A stretch of 64,000 nt of DNA, taken from assembly GCA_030390025.1 (NCBI GenBank), contig CM059432.1:101496001-101560000 (forward strand). The letters run 5' to 3'. This document shows positions 62,385 through 64,000 of the stretch, one piece after another. The position numbers and the translations under genes are program-made. The notes below the pieces were generated by a model. The model was not told the DNA's origin and did not search any database. It saw only the letters and a list, made by a program, of their open reading frames with translations. The stretch comes from Squalus acanthias (lineage: Eukaryota). Each line of letters begins with the position of its first letter. Position 1 is the stretch's first letter.

Positions 62385-62449
62385 AAAGTCTCCCTTTTTT
62401 TCATGCTGTGCTTCTATTCTGAGGGGCACAGAGAAAAAAAAAATAAAGA

Positions 62450-63315
62450 TCTTCCAATCTTCCTTAGATACAGGGTGATGCCAAAGGACTGGAGGACTGC
62501 GAATATTACACCCTTGTTCATGAAAAATAGCAATTACAGGCCAGTCAGTTTAATGTCGGTGGTGGGGAAGTTTTTAGAAACAATAATCTGGGAGAAAATT
62601 AACAGCCACTTGGACAAGCATGGACAAATAAAGGAGAGCCAGCATGGATTTGTTAAGGGCAAATCGTGTTTGAGTAACTTGATTGAGTTTTTGGTGAGGT
62701 TGAAGAGGAGTGGATGAGGGCAGTGCAGTTGTTGTTATGTATATGGACTTTCAAAAGGTGTGTGATAAAGTACCACATACTAGGCTTGTTAGCAAACTTG
62801 AAGCCCATGAGATAAAAAGGGCAATAGCAGCATGGATACAAAATTGGCTAAGGGATAGAAAACAGAGAGTTGTGGTAATGGCTGTTTTCCAGACTGGAGG
62901 GAGGTATACAATGGCGTTCCCCAAGGTTCAGTACTAGGACCACTGCTGTTTTTGATATACATTAATAACTTGGACTTGGGAGTATAGGACACAATTTCGA
63001 AAATTGCAGACAACACAAAACTCGGAAGTGTAGTAAACAGTGAGGAAGATAGTAATAGATTTCAAGAAGACATAGACAGGCTGGTGGAATGGGCAACACA
63101 TGGCAGGTGAAATTCAATGCAGAAAAGTGTGAGGTGATACATTTTGGTAGGAAGAATGAGGAGAGACCATATACACTAAATGGTACAATTTTAAAGGGGG
63201 TGCAAGAACAGAGAGACCTGGGGTGCTTGTGCACAAATCTTTGAAGGTGGCAGGACAGGTTAACAAAGCAGATAATAAAGCATATGGGATCCCGGGCTTC
63301 ATAAATAGAGGCATA
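62450..63315 (+). mobile_element. CR1 RT fragment, degenerate, interrupted at 63316
   Basis: DWRTANITPLF, NYRPVSL, QHGFVKGKSC, YMDFQK. Confidence 0.88.
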
Positions 63316-64000
63316 GGGCTGGATTTTGTGAATGGCGACGAGTTGGAGGCAGGACTGCTGCTTGTCATGTCAATGTCCCGCCTCCATCCTCGCCTGACCA
63401 ACCAGAGGGATTTTCCCCTGATTGACCTTGTTAAGCCCGCCCTGTTCTGTGAAGCTGTCAAACACTGACATTCTCTTTAGTTTGATGAGGCCTTGTGTTC
63501 AGGACTGATCAAACTTTCCAAATTTGTAAATTTCATATGGCTGCTGGTACGGAGGTTCCAACAGCCAGTCTGTGAAATTGACAAGGAGGATGTCGGCTCT
63601 CCCGATCCAGTGCGGCTAAAGGCTGTAGGAAGAAAACAAGGTAAGTGAACACTTTTTTAAACTTATCACTCACCTTGCATACTTACCACTCCACACTTGC
63701 ACCCATCACTCACCTCTACATCTTACTTCCAGGTGCTTCCGACCGCTGCAGACCTCCTCCACGTCTCCTCCAACCCGGCGGGGTTCTCTGAGGTCGGGAA
63801 GACTTCACCTGTGAAGGTAAAATGGCACTAATCCTTTTTTCTGCCTGTCAACTACCTGTTAACAGGCAGTTAAAAGGATTAAATGCCTTTCCCGCCTCCA
63901 GGAGACGGGACCTGAAGCTGCACAGCATCCTGCCTCCTGGCAAAAGGGCACAGAGGTGGGATGGGGGCGGGTTTGCCATCCGCCCCCACTTTCTCTGAAT
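63316..64000 (+). mobile_element. Harbinger non-autonomous derivative (subfamily B), runs off the window
   Basis: GGGCTGGATTTTGT start; homologous to the 26126 and 53345 copies. Confidence 0.85.

Overview
Eukaryotic, repeat-dense vertebrate DNA. It is most likely a shark or ray, inferred from the HE1/V-SINE, DeuSINE-like, CR1 and Penelope repeat complement. The only host coding sequence I can support is one 195-nt minus-strand exon (52749-52943) encoding the first Sushi domain of CSMD3. The rest appears to be giant CSMD3 introns filled with transposons: (1) a near-complete two-gene PIF/Harbinger element at 1-4121 (spliced Myb/SANT gene convergent with a DDE transposase) plus about 15 non-autonomous Harbinger-type derivatives with 3-bp TSDs; (2) several CR1 LINEs, one with a 754-aa open RT frame; (3) a Tigger/pogo element; (4) a solo LTR; (5) L2 and Penelope fragments, SINEs and a 52-bp minisatellite. 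The most interesting structures are a four-level TE nest, a Penelope insertion that copied neighbouring DNA in inverted orientation, degenerate hammerhead ribozyme motifs, an AT-hook in the Harbinger Myb partner, and inverted MITE pairs bracketing the CSMD3 exon. I found no convincing wholly new gene system. Family names come from motif recognition, not database searches, and boundaries of old repeats are approximate.
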